61,387 nucleotides of DNA from Phoronis australis (Eukaryota; Animalia; Phoronida). Positions 1 through 12,100 of this stretch are shown piece after piece. How positions within the stretch are numbered: the first letter of the stretch is position 1; the number at the start of each line of letters is the position of its first letter. Location: NCBI GenBank assembly GCA_002633005.1, contig NMRA01000438.1, positions 323,624 through 385,010 on the forward strand, given 5' to 3'. The notes below the pieces were generated by a model. It was not told the DNA's origin. It searched no databases and saw only the letters and a program-made list of their open reading frames with translations. The translations under genes were made by a program, and so were the position numbers.

Positions 1-257
1 CCATTGTTAATTCAGATTTATTTATTTTCATAATAAGGAATCGATAATGACATGAATTTCTGCACAGTTTGTTGATAATATAACAATATAAACAGCTACC
101 TCACCACAGTTCCGACCGCAAACGCAACTCGCAAAATAACTTTTACTTTCGCGACACCTAGCGACCTAGTAACGTATTACCGGATGTAAGCATGCGCAGA
201 ACCAACTTCCTGGTTAAAATTGCCAGCTGACAGCCAATGAAATCCATCGTTCTAGTA

Positions 258-321
258 TCCTGTACCTGGGCCTTCACAAGCTATCCGTGACGTCATCTTG
301 TGAGGCCCGGGAACCAGGTTA
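258..321. mobile_element. Short hairpin MITE-like element
   Basis: Imperfect inverted repeat cctgtacctgggccttcacaag...cttgtgaggcccgggaaccagg around a tgacgtca core. Confidence 0.45.
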
Positions 322-503
322 ACGGCTAATCATGATCCAGTTTGAAAGTTACATCATGACTTGGCATATGACTGAAGACCGCAAATGCGCAGATAAAGAT
401 TACCTGAGAGTGGAGACTTAATGGTTTCAGTGGAAATACCGAGGTGTTCCGGATGCTCGGAAAAGTGGCACTCATTCCATTCCGACACAATTTACTGAAA
501 GTT

Positions 504-633
504 ATGCAGCTCTTCTTCTTGCTCTGTCAACTCAGCCTGTCCTGTGTTGTTCCAGTGGCTCTTGCGTGATGTACAGTGACATATTGGCCAACCATACTTA
601 GTGACAACACGTTCTGCGATACATGGTTACACG
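504..633 (+). pseudogene. Candidate signal-peptide exon of gene A, interrupted by an in-frame TGA at 567-569
   Basis: ATG504 reads MQLFFLLCQLSLSCVVPVALA*CTVTYWPTILSDNTFCDTWLH and ends at a phase-1 donor CAC G|gtatga, which matches the phase-1 acceptor at 846. Confidence 0.4.
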
Positions 634-845
634 GTATGAATCGCATGTGATCTCGGCTGATCGTTCCATTCTAAGCTTTAACTTCAAAATTCAACAAAAT
701 TTTTGAAAATGCTCACACCATCGTTTAAGTGAGCCTATTTTTCTGACACGCATCGTCCTATTGTCAGCAGCCTAAAGACTTTCTCGATAGCTCGGCTCTT
801 TATGTATTCCTTTTTATATTAAATACAATGTTATTTATGTTGTAG

Positions 846-1001
846 AAACTCCAACTCTAGCAAACACGATAGATTCCTGCAATTTTGAAAGAGGTCTGTG
901 CGGATGGTCGCAAATTTCACTTGGTGACATCGACAGAGCAACAGAAATTGCGAAGAAACGTTTTGGGCCGTCGGTAGATCACACGAGTGGAAATAGTACA
1001 G
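846..1001 (+). CDS. Gene A MAM exon 1
   Basis: tgtag|AA ACT...SCNFERGLCGWSQISLGDIDRATEIAKKRFGPSVDHTSGNST G|gtattg. Confidence 0.8.
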
Positions 1002-4000
1002 GTATTGCATGTGGGCTGCGCTCCGTAAATCGAGAAAAGGGAGTTCACGCAACTTTGCTAGTATTTGCTAGACATAGCGGTGCGTTGCAACTGCATGTAT
1101 CACATTGTCTATTAACCATCTAGTGGCCATATTTGAGAATGGCTGTTGATGACAGCTGAAACGTAATACCTCATTGTGCTTAAAGACATCACTAACTGCG
1201 ATGTTTCAACGTGATCAATCCGGCTCTTTACTGTAATTTTGAGTATTTCGAATACGTGAACTTTTTGTCTCATTTCTGGTTATTTTTAAGGTAAGAACTT
1301 CTTAAGAATGATAATCAAAATATAAATGTTTAAAATGAAGTCTGTCGGCCATATTTGGTAGCATGAACACAAACAAGTGGTAAAACTTTTCAAAAATGTT
1401 TCGTGCGCTAACTCTGAAGCATATACTTTGGCAATTTTCCATTGTATTTTGAACGGATTTCATAAAATCAGTACCTCCAATATGGCGCCCAGTGGCCTTG
1501 TTGGATTTTTGGTTTTGAAAACATGTGGAAGATTTTAATCTTTGCATATGAAGATTAAAATGCAGGGTTATCGCTCTCCCCAAATGCCGGTTACCGGTGA
1601 TTTCGAAAACGTCCCTGTGTCACGTTTTTCCCGTGTGTGGGTGGGCGCAGGTTGTTACAAACCGGTGCTAATAGCCGCGCTTTCGGTGCTACGATAGACT
1701 GAAGACTGGTTCGAGTTAATCCTTTATTAATCTCGACCGTACGTTCACAAGCCTACCTCAAACAAAACATCCGAGGTAATGTCTGTTCTACGCTCCAGGC
1801 AGTGCTGCGAAGCCTTGACTTGTGATAAACTTCTAAGACACGTTCAGTAACTCAACTGTAATTACTCTCGAGTAATTAACTGATGTTCGATGTATCTAAC
1901 TGTCAACTGCTTGACTGATTGATACAAACCCCTGCTTGTGTATTTATAGACTAATACAATGTTTTAGAACTTTTCACCAATTCAAGCACATGCCAGATCT
2001 TTCCGAAATCTACCCAATCATTCTACAAACATATACTAGTCTCTAGAATATTCCAGACTGTATTAGTCACTGTCATGCTAGAGTCTTCTGATAAAGTTCC
2101 ACGCTATACTGTAGTAAACAAATGACATCATCACTGTACTGACCTCAGGGGTCACGCCAATCAATAACACAAACAGAACAATAAAACAAAATAAAACTAA
2201 GAACAGTGTCAGTGGAAGTTCTGACACCCTGTCGTGAGCGATTTTTGAATATTTATGACGAAATGTCATCATATTTTACTTCTTCCGTGTGGCTTCAAAT
2301 TAGAAGTGATATCTGGTACTGGAAAATCTAACAGTTGCGTTTAATTATAGGAATGTTTAGCATGACTTCACTATGAAGTCATTATGAAGTTTTGAACCCA
2401 GTGTAACGGCATGTCTATTCCTATTTCCGGGTCCAAATTGCGTCATCTACAGCCTTGAACGTCATCACTAAACATCCGCATTGCCTCAGACTTGGCTCAT
2501 GGCCACACAGGGTACGTTGAAGTATTACCACGATACATGTCCGATATGTTTTCTTCTAAACTCAGGAACTTCACAACTTTCCTTTCTATATCTAGGGCAT
2601 TTTCTCTACATTGCCGCAAAGACTCTTGTTGTCTCGCAGAATTTTCCCGCCAGGTGGAGTGGGAGCTGCTTCCAGTTCTGGTACAAAATGTACGGCGGCG
2701 ATTCGATCAAGCACGGTGAGTTGTAACGAACATAACGTAACCGCTGTACTTGGTTGTGGGTGATTTAGAAAGGATATTAGCGCAAAAATATGTATAGAAA
2801 ACCGTTTGCAATTAGTTGTAAACGAGCCTTGTCAAATATAATTTTTTATATTAGACCGTGACAAAATGTGTTTCATTGTAGATTCTATGTCGGGTTCGTT
2901 GGAAGTACACGTGGCTAAAGCAAGTGGCAGTTTGTCAGGATTGTCGCCATGTTTCCACGTTCAGGGAAATCAGCCACACTCTTGGCAGTTAGGTCAGATC
3001 GAAGTCCCCACACTTACCACTGATTTCCAGGTGCGGTATACTGTTTGTGTTCAAATTGTACTCCTAATTCAACTTAGAACATTTATTATAAAGTAAGATT
3101 AGTAAATATCATTGCTGACGACTAAGTATCCTTGCGTTTACATTTTCCATAGTGTTCATTAAAGTAACATTTGTTTGCAGAAACGACGACCTGTAATGCT
3201 TAGAATTTCGTGTCCTTCCAGTTCGTGGTTGCATTTGACCTTTTTATGGATAGCGTGAACGTTAGACGTCTTATGCACAGTGAATTGTGGGAAATCCTTA
3301 GCCCAAATTAGCGACTATTGCACCCAGATACACGATCTGTAGAAAATCTTTTTGAATTTTATTTTTCAAGCAGCCAGAAGTTCAGTTTATCATACAAGGA
3401 AGTAAACACGTACAGGGCTGTAACATCTATTCAAAATCGACTCTTAGCTCACCGAGCAGACGAACGATTGTGTTACACTTTCTGGATTCTGGAATGAATA
3501 ACATGCACCCCACAAATCTAGGCATTGAGTTGCTCAGGCATATTTTCGGTTTTCACCAAAATGTCAATGTTGTCAGCAATATCATGCAAATGATACTGAA
3601 GGTGGTGTATCAGTAATAGCTGCTATACGTGCTAAAACTCTGAAACTACTACATGAAGAAAAAGGTGGGGTTACGCTGAGGTAGGCACGGACAGGGCTGC
3701 ACCCAAGGCACTAACGAACAGAGAAGACACAAAACTGATTGACGGCTGGGGGATCGGCGCGATTTCATGAAATTGGTATAGAGACCGAGTAGGGGTTAAT
3801 ATTAGGTTGGTTTCAATACTCATATTAGAAGGGATACCTGTGCTTGCGAATAACTGAACATAATAGGAGACATGCTAAATACAACTGTTAGCGTTGCGAG
3901 AGCGCAAAGGCACCTTTGGATTGACACAACGAAACGCAAATCCTTTCGTGATCAGACATTTTATGACATTGTAAATTATTGTGCGATTCAGTTGAATATC

Positions 4001-5045
4001 CTTCTGCACAACAGTGGAAATTTGATGATATGGTAGGCGTAAAGAATTTGAAAAAATCGGGGAATATCCCACTGCAATAAAGCCATACCCTGAAAAATAC
4101 AGAACGCAGTCCATCTTCTAACCTATCGCCATCTAGCGACAAGGCTTATTACATCATGTCTCCACTAAATGTTTGTTGGTTACTGTTTTACAGCAACGNG
4201 TTGGTGGAGGGGGGGGGGGGCAATTTATGTGCCGAACCTGGTGCCAACCTTTAGTACAGTGTCAGTTCCTTCCAAGCGTATAAACATTTACGCAAGAAAA
4301 ATGAGACCACTTTTGTACCTGAAAATGTAAATTAATTGTAAGTTTGCTTGACGAGACACAAAGCCTGTGACGGTGTCCCTTTATATCAAAGCTTCTAATT
4401 CATAATCCATATTACCGTACGACGAATGTATGTTCACTCCAAGTTTTACACTTGCTCTAGATCGTCATGAATGCATCGCGTGGCACGTCACCAAACGGTG
4501 TTGCAATAGACGACATCACTTTGTTCCGGTGCTCAAAAGGTGGCGCCACGTTCTCTGTGCAAACAACGGAAGCTACAACTACAGAAAAAAGTCCCACGTT
4601 TCAAACGACAACAACACCGCCAACTTGGCAACCAACAGTGCACTTTATGGAAAGTACCAGGACAAGTGATCTTATGGAAACGCACCGCCCCCTAAACGGC
4701 ACAGGTGGAGAACAGAACGGCACGACAAATGTGGCAAAGGGGACCCAGTCTAAAGAGACTAACACAGGATTACATGTACATGTATTTATTATCGTTGTTG
4801 TTCCTTGTGTAATTATCGCTTTAATAGTAGTTGTAATAACATACATTTACTTCAAGTCGAGAAAACGGAAACGTAACAATGAAGAAGCGGTCGTTGACGA
4901 CAACGTTAACGTTGAACTAAATCCATTGTCTCCCTTGAACTCGACTGCAGTGGAAGTCCCCAGTTGTGCAACGCCCTTGTGTGAGTTTACTGCAAACGGA
5001 GAGGACCAAAAGGTTGACTCAAGGGTCAACGACTCAGATCTTTAA
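846..5045 (+). CDS. Gene A: MAM-domain single-pass membrane protein; exons 846-1001, 2596-2715, 2882-3030, 4461-5045 (first/signal exon uncertain)
   Basis: All exons have AG/GT boundaries with compatible phases 1,1,0. Translation shows MAM motifs SCNFERGLCGW, GPSVDHTSGNSTGHFLY, CFQFWYKMYG, GSLEVHV, GNQPHSWQ and VAIDDITLFRC. These are followed by a Thr-rich stalk, TM VFIIVVVPCVIIALIVVVITYIYF and a basic stop-transfer KSRKRKR. Colinear with gene C. Confidence 0.85.
1653..2226 (-). mobile_element. Possible solo LTR in a gene A intron
   Basis: TG...CA termini; minus-strand TATAAATA (~1941-1948) upstream of AATAAA (~1723-1728); no clean TSD found. Confidence 0.3.
2596..2715 (+). CDS. Gene A MAM exon 2
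   Basis: tctag|GG CAT...[40 protein letters not shown]|gtgag. Confidence 0.85.
2882..3030 (+). CDS. Gene A MAM exon 3
   Basis: tgtag|AT TCT...SMSGSLEVHVAKASGSLSGLSPCFHVQGNQPHSWQLGQIEVPTLTTDFQ|gtgcgg; 149 nt, the same length as the gene C exon. Confidence 0.85.
4461..5045 (+). CDS. Gene A terminal exon (MAM end, stalk, TM, tail)
   Basis: ctctag|ATC GTC ATG..., open to TAA at 5043-5045. Confidence 0.88.
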   Translation: MVMNASRGTSPNGVAIDDITLFRCSKGGATFSVQTTEATTTEKSPTFQTTTTPPTWQPTVHFMESTRTSDLMETHRPLNGTGGEQNGTTNVAKGTQSKETNTGLHVHVFIIVVVPCVIIALIVVVITYIYFKSRKRKRNNEEAVVDDNVNVELNPLSPLNSTAVEVPSCATPLCEFTANGEDQKVDSRVNDSDL

Positions 5046-5629
5046 AACATGTGTGTTCATACACCCTGGTGAAATATGCTTAAAACGTTTATTTCATATT
5101 TTGGGCCGTTGTTTTTTATGTAAGGTCATCGTGAACAGTTTGGCCTAAAATAACCCATTTTGGTTCAGAGAGGTTCAGAAAGTAAAGTAATTTGATAACG
5201 GTTTAAAAGAAGGTAAGAGAAAAAAATCTTTATGATATTTGTGTAGATATTGAACCTCTCTTTCAGAAGGTTGTCTTTGCTTTTTCAAAGGTGTTTCCGT
5301 TAACCTTCATTGGAGTGCCAAAATTCTGGAAACCGTTTTGTATTCGATATTTAGTCATTTTTGAGACGCTTGAGTCATGTTGCGGGAAGTTGGTGACATC
5401 AAATAATAATTTCCATCAATTTGCTGTATGACTAAGAAACTAAAAAAGGGCAACAGCAGTTGGAAAGGACTAACCTTCGCGTATTTTATGGTCCTTAACT
5501 ACGGGCATTCTGCAGCTGTATGCTTTATTTTTGTAACTCAAATTTTGCTATGATGATGAAATCAATTGGCGTCAACTTTTAGATGATTCGATTGCTGCTG
5601 CCCTCTCTGGTAACAATTCCTGGGACTAG

Positions 5630-6115
5630 ATTTCCTTTTTGAAATTTCATGAATGTTGGCCAAAATATTCTGTCTATCAAGGACACAATGGCACATTCGT
5701 GTTTTCGAATGATTCTAACCTGTGCTGCCCCAGAAGTGACAATTTTGTCATTTTGGAGACCGTTCGTATGTCACAGAACAAGTACTGCTATCGGAAAGGG
5801 ACAGCCCCAGACAACCCGATAAACGGCGCAGGTGCAAAACCAAGTGGCAGGAAAAATGTCACAACGGGGAGACTATCTAATGAGCTGAAGTCATATGTAC
5901 CTGCTGTCGTTGTTACTGGTATTATTTGTAGGGGTATTTCCATCGCTGTAGTAAAATGCTTCAAACTGAAAATACGTGAAGGTAACGGTGAACGAACGGT
6001 AGTTGACGACAACGTTAACGTGGAACTAAGTCCATCATCTCCCTTCAACACCACCAGTGTGCAAGTCCCCAATTGTGCAATCTCACTTTTACGAATTCTT
6101 TCTGAACCAATTTGA
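5630..6115 (+). pseudogene. Diverged duplicate of the gene A stalk-TM-tail exon (pseudo-exon or alternative last exon)
   Basis: PINGAGAKPSGRKNV...VVDDNVNVELSPSSPFNTTSVQVPNCA aligns to gene A PLNGTGGEQNGTTNV...VVDDNVNVELNPLSPLNSTAVEVPSCA. The frame is open from a weak tag| at 5629. Confidence 0.65.
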
Positions 6116-7734
6116 TTCCCCTTAAGTGTTCGAGGTAAATAATTTGTTCAGAATCTCGAGCAGGCCTAGTGGAGAGAATTCTGGGTAAGAATCGGCAGGT
6201 GTTGGCGCGTTAATAATTAACGTCCATCGACCTAGATATATTGAGTGCTGATGTTTTACCGACTGGTCTTGGCACCGTATCGTTCCCAAAGGCGTAAGAA
6301 GCGAATACGGGGCACTCATGAAGTTGGGGGATAACGCCCCCCCACTCCCCTGAAAAGTGACCATTAAAATGGGAGGCGTTCGGCGAAGGCAAACTCGGTA
6401 GCGATCGCGAAAGGGTCCAGGAAAACAGAGGGGAGGGGTGCTCACATCTGTTCCGCTCTCCACCAATGAAAATATTCTGCACCTATGGTCCACTTGGAAA
6501 TGCTGATGGAGAATACTCAATAAAAGTCACAAACGATCAGTGCGACATGTTTAAGGATCCTTATTTGAACTAGCCCAGTTCCCTTGACTCCGTAATCAAT
6601 TTGTGTTTTGGTCAGACATGAAAATAGTATTGAGTTTTGAATTAAACTAACACTAAATTATGTGGAAACGAGTAAATTAATGAACTAGGCACGTTGCACA
6701 TGGAGGAGGGAGCACGATCAAAAGAAAAGTGATTAAAAAACGCCGTGCATGTTTAGGGCTTACGAGCACATGTTACGTTCGATAAGCGTGAAAGGCCGTC
6801 TTTACACTGTGGTGTACATGCACATGTATCACCGATGTATTTTATTACGATAAGTGACAGAAGTAACACACGATGTACGATAAATGCAGGCAGTCTGGTA
6901 CATGTTGTACCAGACGTACGGAGGCTGCTCAGGTGGGCACATTGCACTGATCACCTGGACTCAGTGGTCTAGCAGTGTTCCCCAGGAAGCTAACGCGTAT
7001 CCCACGTGCCCACAATGCCTCCTCTTTGATCAACATTAAATCGGACAGATTACGTGTGAAGTAATACATGTAGTTCATATTGTCCGATGAGTTTGTTCAA
7101 CACTTCACCCCAACTATTCCGTGTTTCACTTAATTTTAACGAAGTTTTAGATGTTTCTGTAACCGCCTGTTCTCTCGGATTTTGCCGGAAGAGCACTTGG
7201 GTCCCTTACTAAAGTTAAATTCATTTACGGGCGTGTGATACGATACGCTTACTGCAGCAACCTTCATTTTACACCAAACGGTATACTCGAAAGAGAACTT
7301 TATGTTAGATTAGACATTTCCCCTTCTAAACGACCTCTTTAATTGCTCGATTTGGAACCGGCACATTGTCTTGTATGATAGAAGTACGAAGATTTATGAA
7401 TTTAAGAATAGATGAACGCATGATTTATATTCTTTGTGACTCGCATTTTATTTTTAGGTGTCAAGTTTTTAGAACAGAAACAGGTAAATTTATTGAAAAG
7501 TTTACTCTTTTGAACGATATGTTTTACACGTACATGTAAGTCAAGACAAAGCTGCATCTAAATAACGATTAATAATAGTGGACAGAGTAGTTACCTATCA
7601 GCGACCTGTTTGTGTTTGCGGACCTACATGTAGCTTGGAGCCCGCCCTGGGCAGGAATCTTCGTGTCACATGGTTCAGAGTGGGTGGTCCTTGGTGGTTG
7701 TCCATCACCACCTGGTGACTGTTACTTGGGCGGA

Positions 7735-7820
7735 GGCGCTGGTAAATAGCTGACAAGCCATATCCACTGTCTCTCTTCAATTTCAGTTTGTTGCTCATGA
7801 TTTCGACTGATGTTTCGTTG
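7735..7820 (-). mobile_element. Penelope-like retroelement remnant (C-terminus of the GIY-YIG endonuclease)
   Basis: ETSVEIMSNKLKLKRDSGYGLSAIYQRL resembles the EAIEI...LNRDxGYxLxxIY end of Penelope ORFs (recalled motif). Confidence 0.5.
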
Positions 7821-8170
7821 CATATTTTAGATAGGCGTGTTCAAGTACAGTGTGAACTTAGTAGAAATACAAATGCACACTTACGTTTCAAAATGCCGAT
7901 TAAGACGGTTAATAATTAACATCTCTCTTGCAAACTTAATTAAGCATTGTCAGAATTTCTAATTTTTCTGCTTCTCTTAAAAGTGATAAATGCTTTGTAA
8001 GGGCCTCTGCCAAAGTCTAGGGTATTATCAACCATTTAGCGCAAATCCATATCAAATTAAAGTATGCTTTTTAGAAATCCACAAATAGAATCCTTTCAGC
8101 CCCTTAAGATCTAGATTTACAGCCAGTCATAGAGCAGTTAATAATGAAACGTCAGATAACAACAAAGGTA

Positions 8171-9199
8171 CTAGGAGTGGGTTACTTGAGCGTAGCTATT
8201 TCCGGAAACATTAACAATCACATCCGGTTTGTTGTCACAACACTTATTTACAGGCTCTTCTGTTTTCGATATGGAAACCTTTTTGGTATCCACTGGTTTA
8301 ATTGTTTGTGTTTTCTTTCTACGCCTCAGTAAGCACCACACAACGAGGGCTAGAATAAGTAGGAAACTGAATGTTCCGAGAACGATGCCAACAATTAATC
8401 CACTGTTGTCGACTTTCTCTGAATTCTCAGGTGTCGTCAGTTTTCTCGAAGACAGTTCGGTTGTGTCGGCTGAAGTAGCCGTTGTTGCTGCCACATAAGC
8501 TGTTGCATTATAAATGGCGGTATCGTTGGGGCGCACTGTTGATATCTCCGTGGCCTTTTTCGTAACTGATATTCCCATCTCGGTTGTTGTAATTCCCATC
8601 GTGGTTGTGATGCCTTGTGTTTCAATCGTAGTTGGGAATTGATTAACAGTGACACGCTGAATAGGCGGACTTGTTGCATTTTGAGTTGTCAGTTCAGCAG
8701 CTGTTGTAGTTTCTGTATTGCGAATTGTATCTTCAGTAGTTACAAGTGGTACTGTCGTGTCTCTCACTGTAGTGGGCGTGTCTGCTACTGAAGTGGGCGG
8801 CTCTGTTGCTGTGGTGAGTGGTTCCTTTACTGTTGTGGGCGAGTCTGTTACTGTTGTAGGCGGGTCCGTTACTGTTGTGGGCGGGTCAGTTACAGTTGTG
8901 GGCGGGTCTGTTACTGTGCTGGGCGGGTCCGTCACTGTAGTGGGCGGGTTCGTCACTGTAGTGGGCGGGTCCGTTGCCGTAGTGAGTAGGTATGATTTTG
9001 TTGTGGGCGGTTCTGTTACTGTAGTCGGCGGATCAGCAATTGTAGTGGGAGGGTCCGTTACAGTTGTGAGTGCTTTTGTTGTTCCTTGGGTAGTAACTAG
9101 AGATTGTGTTGTTGGTTCATAAGGACAGTCAATCAGCTTAAAATTGTCGAGAGCAATATCCATGTAAAAGGTTACTCCACGAACAGCCTCAATTACAAT
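8171..9199 (-). CDS. Gene B terminal exon (MAM end, mucin stalk, TM, tail)
   Basis: tttttgcag|ATT GTA ATT GAG; 342-codon open frame. Confidence 0.92.
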   Translation of the reverse strand: MVIEAVRGVTFYMDIALDNFKLIDCPYEPTTQSLVTTQGTTKALTTVTDPPTTIADPPTTVTEPPTTKSYLLTTATDPPTTVTNPPTTVTDPPSTVTDPPTTVTDPPTTVTDPPTTVTDSPTTVKEPLTTATEPPTSVADTPTTVRDTTVPLVTTEDTIRNTETTTAAELTTQNATSPPIQRVTVNQFPTTIETQGITTTMGITTTEMGISVTKKATEISTVRPNDTAIYNATAYVAATTATSADTTELSSRKLTTPENSEKVDNSGLIVGIVLGTFSFLLILALVVWCLLRRRKKTQTIKPVDTKKVSISKTEEPVNKCCDNKPDVIVNVSGNSYAQVTHS

Positions 9200-12100
9200 C
9201 TGCAAAAAATGTATTTCATTTATGAATTATTTTTACCTTACCCTATTCAATATCGCTTTTACACGATCGAACTACTCTAAATTAAGGTAAGTTTTGGAAA
9301 TCGTACTTGAGACATGGCTACACGAGGTGTGGTTACTCTAAGAAAGAAGAGCATTTAGATGATATTGAAACACCACTTCAAGATTATGGTTACTCTGTGC
9401 AATTCAGTTTCACCAACTTAACAGACATAGCATGTCGTCGAAAGGATATGAACTGGAATAAACACAAATAATCCAGTTTGCTACCCATTAGAAGCCTATT
9501 TCGCGCCATTGGCAGATAGCAGAAAGTTGTATTCGCGATTGTTTGCACTTGGGCCTGTTTTACGAAGAGTCTATTGGTCTTTGGCTTTTGGTTTTCGGAT
9601 AAATATCAGTCTACACAGACTTACCCCAGAACAAGTTACTTGTGGAATGAGTTGTCGCTAGGTTGAAGGTTTGCACGGAAGCTGTATTTAAACTCGTGCA
9701 ACTTACTCCAATTGCAACAACTTAACCCCTTTACCGGGGTGGGGTAGCTTTTTCTAAGGCAACAAATTTTGGGCAAGGCAGAAGTACATGTAATGATCAG
9801 CTGCGGTTACCTAACAGGCAGGTCTTCTTTTGTTTGCCGTATTTGCATCATCTGTTCTTTGTTATGCACAGTGCGAAAAACTTTCGCCTTACCCCAGATG
9901 CGTGTGGACACTCCACTTAGAAGTGGGTTACATTACACTTGTGCAAGTTGTTCTAGGGTAGGCTGTGTGTGGACGGGACTTAAGACTGGTTGAAGTCAGA
10001 AAATCTGTCTTCAATTTGAAGTCAAATGTCAGAAATCTGCAGTCTGCTCGACTGAAAGAAAGCAAAACGTTTCAAGAAGCGCAAAGGACAAAAATCAAAT
10101 TTCGACTCAATTCGTAGTCAGACTCACGGTTTTTGACTAGTCAAAGGACAGGAGTCAATGATCGCTTCGACCACGGGTTTAATTTTCGAAGAGTAATGCC
10201 TTTTAACTTTTTGTTAAAAATCTGTGTATGGATGGCGTAGGTTGTTTCACGAAGTTGAGCTAACGTTACATGTTAGAAAATCTGTTACAAAAATCTGTTG
10301 CCTGCTCGGGAACAAACTAAAAGCCGAAGCCAAAGGCCAAGAACAGCCCCCTGACTTCTTTGATGCTAACTCATGACCACTCGAGACTCGACTCGAAAAA
10401 TAACTAGTCGTGCCACTTGAAATGTGCAAGTTTATTCTAAGTGCCTCGACCGTTTGGTAAATTTTACAGTCGAATATCGTATAAACTTTGATGATATCCA
10501 AGACAGAAGAAATCTGAAGCCCGCTCGAATAGACTAAGAGCAAAACGTTTGAGAACGCAAAATGCAAAGATTCATGTATCTTTAAAATTCTTTTGGCTCT
10601 TCGTAGTTAGATTTCTGACTTTCTGACTCTTGGAGAAACAAAATCCTGGTATCTAACAAGAAGTTTGAGAAACTTTGGAATAAATCAACGACGCATACAA
10701 CAATTAGATACTATAAAGGATTAGTGTGGATTGCAACCGTTTACGATTTGGTTGTATTGTCCAATTCTGTGACGGGCTTCACATGTAATATTATCTTCTT
10801 GTTCCTGTGCTAACGTAGACCATTGTACAGCGGCCAACCCGCGTCCCGTGCAAGAAGAGAATTTTTGATTTAGACTGTGCGACGCTATGATATTGGGTTC
10901 ACTTTTCTCCTTACTCAGATGCGAAGTAATTTCTAGGTTTGCAAAGAACTGACAATTCGTTCTTTCTAAAACCACGCTTGGCGAATAAAATGACAGGCTG
11001 TGAAAAGTCAACCTGTAAAGTCTGGCCTCAGCCAATAACAAACTGCTCTCTCGAAGCCCTGGTCTCAAATCCTAAGTGACCAGAGAACAGTTCAAGACCA
11101 ATTTTGTAACCACGAATGGTCTAACTAAACTGTTGTTTTTGTGGTGAGGGCTCGGTTTATAGCCACTTTAAATAAAAATTGTGCTGGTTTGGTTCACCGG
11201 CAGTTGGAAGCTGTCGGGAAGGACTCCGATCGCATTTTCCTAAAAACGAGCTTTCGCGGTATCTCTAAACATGTCGTGCTGGCGTCGTTTTTTTTTCGAC
11301 ACTCTGTCATATTTTCCCTATGTGTAGTTTTTCATAGACATGATTTCTTAACCTGTCACGTGATGTATAAAAACATATTTCTGCAAAAGCACTTCGGAAT
11401 TATCCGGTGCAACGCCACCTTAATAATGCTTGCCGATTGAGTATGTACTTTCTCGAAACTCTTAGGAGTTGGTGAAATTTACTGAAAACGGATTTAATTC
11501 ACAAATCTGTGTGGCTTGGTTACAGCTGATATTTATGAAACATCATTTAACAAACGCAAAGCTTCAGTTAATCGATCACAGCTGGCCAATACAGTGTTTT
11601 GGACGGGTTACAATTTACCTGGAAATCGTACGCAGTGGGAAGCCTGATATATTCACGGTGCCACGTTTTATTCTTATTTCCCACTTTTGTGACAAGTGGT
11701 GTGACGTCAGAAATAGCGACTCCTTGTGGCTTTACATACACTTTCAGACGGCCCGCGGTTTCCGGAGGAGCTGGAGGGGAAAACATCAATAATAATCCAT
11801 TAAATAACAAGAATGGGTAGTTCCGACATTTCAATCAAGCTAACAATTCCAGTCTATCTGGCCGCGAGAACATGTCGACACAACGACAGTCTGCCATCTT
11901 AGTCCCACAAAATTTGATGTGAACAAATAGAGCATTTTAAAGGTACGTGTAGCAATATACAGAAAACGTAAGAGGAGAAGCTCTGTCGCTGATAAAATCA
12001 AGGAAAAGACTTCGTGATTTGATGAATACACGCCTTGTTAAACAATGTACTATTATCTAGTATCTATGAATGTACGACTACTTAAACCATATACTATTAT

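Noticed and set aside
8718-9122. Val/Gly/Ser-rich plus-strand ORF (also 8229-8498, 4601-4846, 45315-45554)
   Set aside because: Antisense shadows of the real terminal exons.
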